64,000 nucleotides of DNA from a bacterium (GTDB lineage Bacteria; SZUA-182; DTGQ01; JBLIRR01). The notes beneath the pieces are model-generated. The model saw only the letters and a program-made list of their open reading frames with translations. It was not told where the DNA came from and did no database searches. Positions 60,811-64,000 of the stretch are shown one piece after another (position 1 is the first letter of the stretch; each line of letters opens with the position of its first letter). The stretch spans positions 55,777 through 119,776 of the forward strand of contig JBLIRR010000012.1 of the NCBI GenBank assembly GCA_049472395.1, written 5' to 3'. The position numbers and the translations under genes are program-made.

Positions 60811-61695
60811 ATGAATCAAGTAAAAACAGCTTTTTTTATGACGGTGCTCACAATCTTGTTGGTCCTTGTTGGAAGTGCATTAGGAGGCAGAAACGGTGCA
60901 ATTTTTGCCTTCATATTTGCCCTGGTTATGAATTTTGGGTCTTATTGGTTCAGCGATAAGATTGTATTATCCATGTACCGAGCACAAGAAGTAAGCTATG
61001 AGGAGGCCCCCGAATTATTTACCATAGTCGAAAGACTTGCTCATAGAGGTCATCTGCCAATGCCCAAAGTATATATTATTCCACAGGAATCACCAAATGC
61101 CTTTGCCACGGGAAGAAGCCCCGCACATGCAGCCGTGGCAGCGACACGGGGGATTTTAAATATTTTGTCCGAGCAAGAACTTGAAGCGGTTTTAGGGCAT
61201 GAACTTACACATGTGAAGAATAGAGATACCTTAATAAGCACTATAGCTGCGACCATAGCCGGGGCCATAACCATGCTCGCCACTATGGCCAAGTGGGGTT
61301 TAATGTTTGGAGGACTCTCAGGACGCCGAAGAGATGACAATGGTGCACTTGGCTTAATAGGCATTTTGATTGTTTCGATCCTCGCACCTTTCGCTGCGCT
61401 TCTTGTGCAGATGGCCATTTCACGCTCAAGGGAATATATGGCGGATAAAGGCGGTGCTGAATTATCGAATCATCCGTTGGCCCTTGCCTCTGCGCTGGAA
61501 AAGCTGCAAGCCTATTCGCGAAGAATGCCTATGCAGAGCACGAATCATGCTACCGCTCATTTGTTCATAGTTAATCCATTTAAAAGTGATTTTATAGGTA
61601 ATTTATTCAGTACCCATCCATCGACTGAAAAGCGCGTAGCAAAACTGCATGAATATGCCGAACAGCTTGAGGAGCCACACAACCTTTTCCTATAA
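60811..61695 (+). CDS. htpX: Zinc metalloprotease HtpX (M48 family)
   Basis: TM helices and HELTH zinc-binding motif; start at ATG 60811 with AAAGGAGAA RBS (track ORF begins at 60778). Confidence 0.85.
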   Translation: MNQVKTAFFMTVLTILLVLVGSALGGRNGAIFAFIFALVMNFGSYWFSDKIVLSMYRAQEVSYEEAPELFTIVERLAHRGHLPMPKVYIIPQESPNAFATGRSPAHAAVAATRGILNILSEQELEAVLGHELTHVKNRDTLISTIAATIAGAITMLATMAKWGLMFGGLSGRRRDDNGALGLIGILIVSILAPFAALLVQMAISRSREYMADKGGAELSNHPLALASALEKLQAYSRRMPMQSTNHATAHLFIVNPFKSDFIGNLFSTHPSTEKRVAKLHEYAEQLEEPHNLFL

Positions 61696-61705
61696 ATTTG
61701 TATAA

Positions 61706-62470
61706 CTATTGTGCAGATAAAATGCCCAGCATCTGGGCGTGTATGTGGCCGTTACTCGCTACTATCTCCTGTGCATATATGCTAAAACTACCGGCGGTAT
61801 AGGATGATAACATGCCGCCGGCTTCCGTGACTATCAGGGAGCCGGCGGCCATGTCCCAAGGATGAAGTGTTGATTCCCAGAATCCATCAAATCTGCCCGC
61901 AGCTACATAACAAAGATTGAGGGCTGCGGAACCATCTCGGCGGATTCCCTGGGCCTTAAATAAAAATTTTTTAAAATGGTTCAAGTTTTGATGCGACTTT
62001 TTCTCAATATCATAAGGAAATCCTGTCACGAGCAGACTTTTGTCCAATTCAGAAATGGGTGAGACATGAATCGGATTGCCATTGAGTGTGGCCCCTTTCC
62101 CTCGCTCTCCGGAGAATAATTCATCACGCATCGGGTCATAGACTATGCCGTGAATTATTTCTTCATCCTTCTCCAAGGCAATCGACGTACAAAAACAGGG
62201 ATATCCATGTGCATAATTCGTCGTGCCATCTAAAGGATCAATAATCCATTTATAATGAGAAGAATAGGGACGAGGGGGGCTTTCTTCAGCGAGAACGCCA
62301 TGATCAGGAAATTTACTGCGGATGCGCTCGATAATTATTTTTTCACATAACCTATCAATATCTGTCACAAGGTCTATTTTGCCCTTATAATAAATATTCT
62401 TTTTTTTGGTTAAATACTCTCTTTGTATCTTCCCTGCTTCCTTGGCAGCATCAATCGCAATATCAATCAT
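61706..62470 (-). CDS. Inositol monophosphatase family protein (SuhB-like)
   Basis: IMPase motif WIIDPLDGTTNYAHG; 8-nt overlap with the upstream gene. Confidence 0.85.
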   Translation of the reverse strand: MIDIAIDAAKEAGKIQREYLTKKKNIYYKGKIDLVTDIDRLCEKIIIERIRSKFPDHGVLAEESPPRPYSSHYKWIIDPLDGTTNYAHGYPCFCTSIALEKDEEIIHGIVYDPMRDELFSGERGKGATLNGNPIHVSPISELDKSLLVTGFPYDIEKKSHQNLNHFKKFLFKAQGIRRDGSAALNLCYVAAGRFDGFWESTLHPWDMAAGSLIVTEAGGMLSSYTAGSFSIYAQEIVASNGHIHAQMLGILSAQ

Positions 62471-63932
62471 TTACTCTTGCTGCGCACCTTTTGTGAGAAA
62501 TATGTTCAAGAATTGGCCGAAGCCCGGTTCGATCGATTTCATTACGAAGCCATTCAGGGTCCCAACGCCATAGCAAGATTTCTTGCAGCGCCCGAAGTGT
62601 AGCCATTCGTGGTGTATCTTCAAGAAATGCAATTTCTCCAAGAACATCGCCGACATTCAGTATCCCGATAGTCTGGCCATCCTTGATAACCTCAACCTCT
62701 CCTGTAATAATCAGTCCAACCCAACGATCAGTATTCCCCATTTGAATAATAATATCACCTGGTTTGTAGCGAACGGGTGTGCCATTTTGTATCCACAAGT
62801 GCTTTTCTTTATCAGGAATTCCTGAAAAGACCTGAGATTGTTCAAATGCCTGGCCAGTGAGTATAAAAGCCCTGAAACGTTCTTGAAAATCATCATGCAT
62901 CACAGAATAAAACTGTTCAAAGGTGATTGATCCAACTATTGCCGATTTAGTAATCAAAACATCAGCCACACGAGGTCTGTCATCTAAAAAGGCAATCTCT
63001 CCGATTCCTGTATCGCCGTGTAAAGTAGCGGAATGGATAACATTCCCCGAAGGAGTTCTCCCCAGAACATTGGCTTCTCCTGAAGAAAGCCAATAGAAAG
63101 TGCGATCACGTTCACCATATCGCGTTAAAAAAGTTCCTGCTTGGGCCATACTCCATTGCCAGGGCAATTGAGCAAGCTCGGGTAATAATTGAAATAGAGG
63201 AACGTTTTTATTAAATCCATCTTTTTCATAATCAGAAAGTATCATAGGCTGTAATTGGTTTCGGCCTCGTAATAAAAATGCAGCCTGACACAAGTCGATT
63301 GTGTGCAAAATGACGCCAAAAGCAAAGCATACGCTCGCAATTGATATAATAGTCTTGAGGATTAATCCTCCGGGAGTTATAGGGATATTGATGAGTTTAG
63401 GCAAAGACAGAAATGTCAGCACAACAACATTGATCCATATAATCAGGGAAAAAGCAGCCCAGGCCATCGATGCTTCTGTGTCAGTCTCAATTGTCTGGCC
63501 TGCAGGCAGAAAACGGCTCGTTATTGCCCATCTGAGATGTTCCGGGAGGTCCTCAACGCGGAGAATTTTTTCCATTAAACGCGTTCCAGGGCCGGGTCGC
63601 AGTGGGAAGAGTGCGACAACTGTATAAATCCAGAACCCAATGGCAAAGCCCGACAATAGGATAGGATCAATCGGTTTCCATGCCAGACATGCAAAGCCCC
63701 AGATAAGAGGGAGAATAAGACTGAAGAATGCAGCTATCGAAGGAATGCCAAGACGCCAGACTACCGGTTCCACAACGATGCCAAATCCCCCGAATCCGAC
63801 AATATATTTCTTGCCCTGGCAGTAATGCAAGACAACACTTGCTTGCCAAAGAACCGAGAGGAGATACCCTAAAACGGATCCCCGCAATATTCGTTCACAC
63901 TCAAACAACGTGTCGATGCGTGCCAATGGCAA
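62463..63932 (-). CDS. Integral membrane protein with two C-terminal cyclic-nucleotide-binding domains
   Basis: About six N-terminal TM helices; two CNB-type motifs GEIAFLDDRPRVADV and GEIAFLEDTPRMATLRA; start near the window edge, true start uncertain. Confidence 0.75.
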   Translation of the reverse strand: MPLARIDTLFECERILRGSVLGYLLSVLWQASVVLHYCQGKKYIVGFGGFGIVVEPVVWRLGIPSIAAFFSLILPLIWGFACLAWKPIDPILLSGFAIGFWIYTVVALFPLRPGPGTRLMEKILRVEDLPEHLRWAITSRFLPAGQTIETDTEASMAWAAFSLIIWINVVVLTFLSLPKLINIPITPGGLILKTIISIASVCFAFGVILHTIDLCQAAFLLRGRNQLQPMILSDYEKDGFNKNVPLFQLLPELAQLPWQWSMAQAGTFLTRYGERDRTFYWLSSGEANVLGRTPSGNVIHSATLHGDTGIGEIAFLDDRPRVADVLITKSAIVGSITFEQFYSVMHDDFQERFRAFILTGQAFEQSQVFSGIPDKEKHLWIQNGTPVRYKPGDIIIQMGNTDRWVGLIITGEVEVIKDGQTIGILNVGDVLGEIAFLEDTPRMATLRALQEILLWRWDPEWLRNEIDRTGLRPILEHISHKRCAARVND

Positions 63933-64000
63933 ACGGGTTATAAGGTTATAATTTATTCCGAGACCTAGTAATGCACCAATAAAGCTTATGATTAATATAA

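Noticed and set aside
1-64000. CRISPR arrays, rRNA genes, insertion sequences
   Set aside because: No regularly spaced direct repeats with unique spacers, no rRNA-like conserved blocks, and no transposase or integrase ORF were seen. The only tandem repeats are coding (41501-46432 and 50143-50577).

Overview
This 64 kb window looks like a chromosomal segment from an AT-rich Gram-negative-type bacterium (lipoproteins, periplasmic sensor topologies, strong Shine-Dalgarno sites); no lineage can be assigned from sequence alone. All calls below are by-eye motif recognition on the six-frame track, with no database search run. It is densely coding on both strands and mixes housekeeping genes (hrpA, recJ, mpl, ldcA, aroE, rsmI, maf, htpX, tldD/pmbA, a U32 peptidase, tRNA-Leu(UAA), tRNA-His(GUG)) with a heavy load of signal transduction (two sigma-54 activators, three large PAS histidine kinases, MCP plus CheW, a sigma-70-family factor, a membrane dual cNMP-binding protein). 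The best candidate for an undescribed system is a membrane-anchored protein fusing a class III nucleotidyl cyclase domain to a CHAT caspase-like protease domain (14064-16877), apparently co-transcribed with a TPR lipoprotein that shares its periplasmic module (11970-14054). Other accessory content: a 1643-aa secreted LRR protein with about ten tandem ~120-aa Cys-containing repeats behind a perfect consensus sigma-70 promoter, and a set of secreted Pro/Trp/Tyr-rich and Gly-Tyr-rich proteins including two clear paralogs 22 kb apart. No rRNA, CRISPR array, transposase or integrase was recognised.
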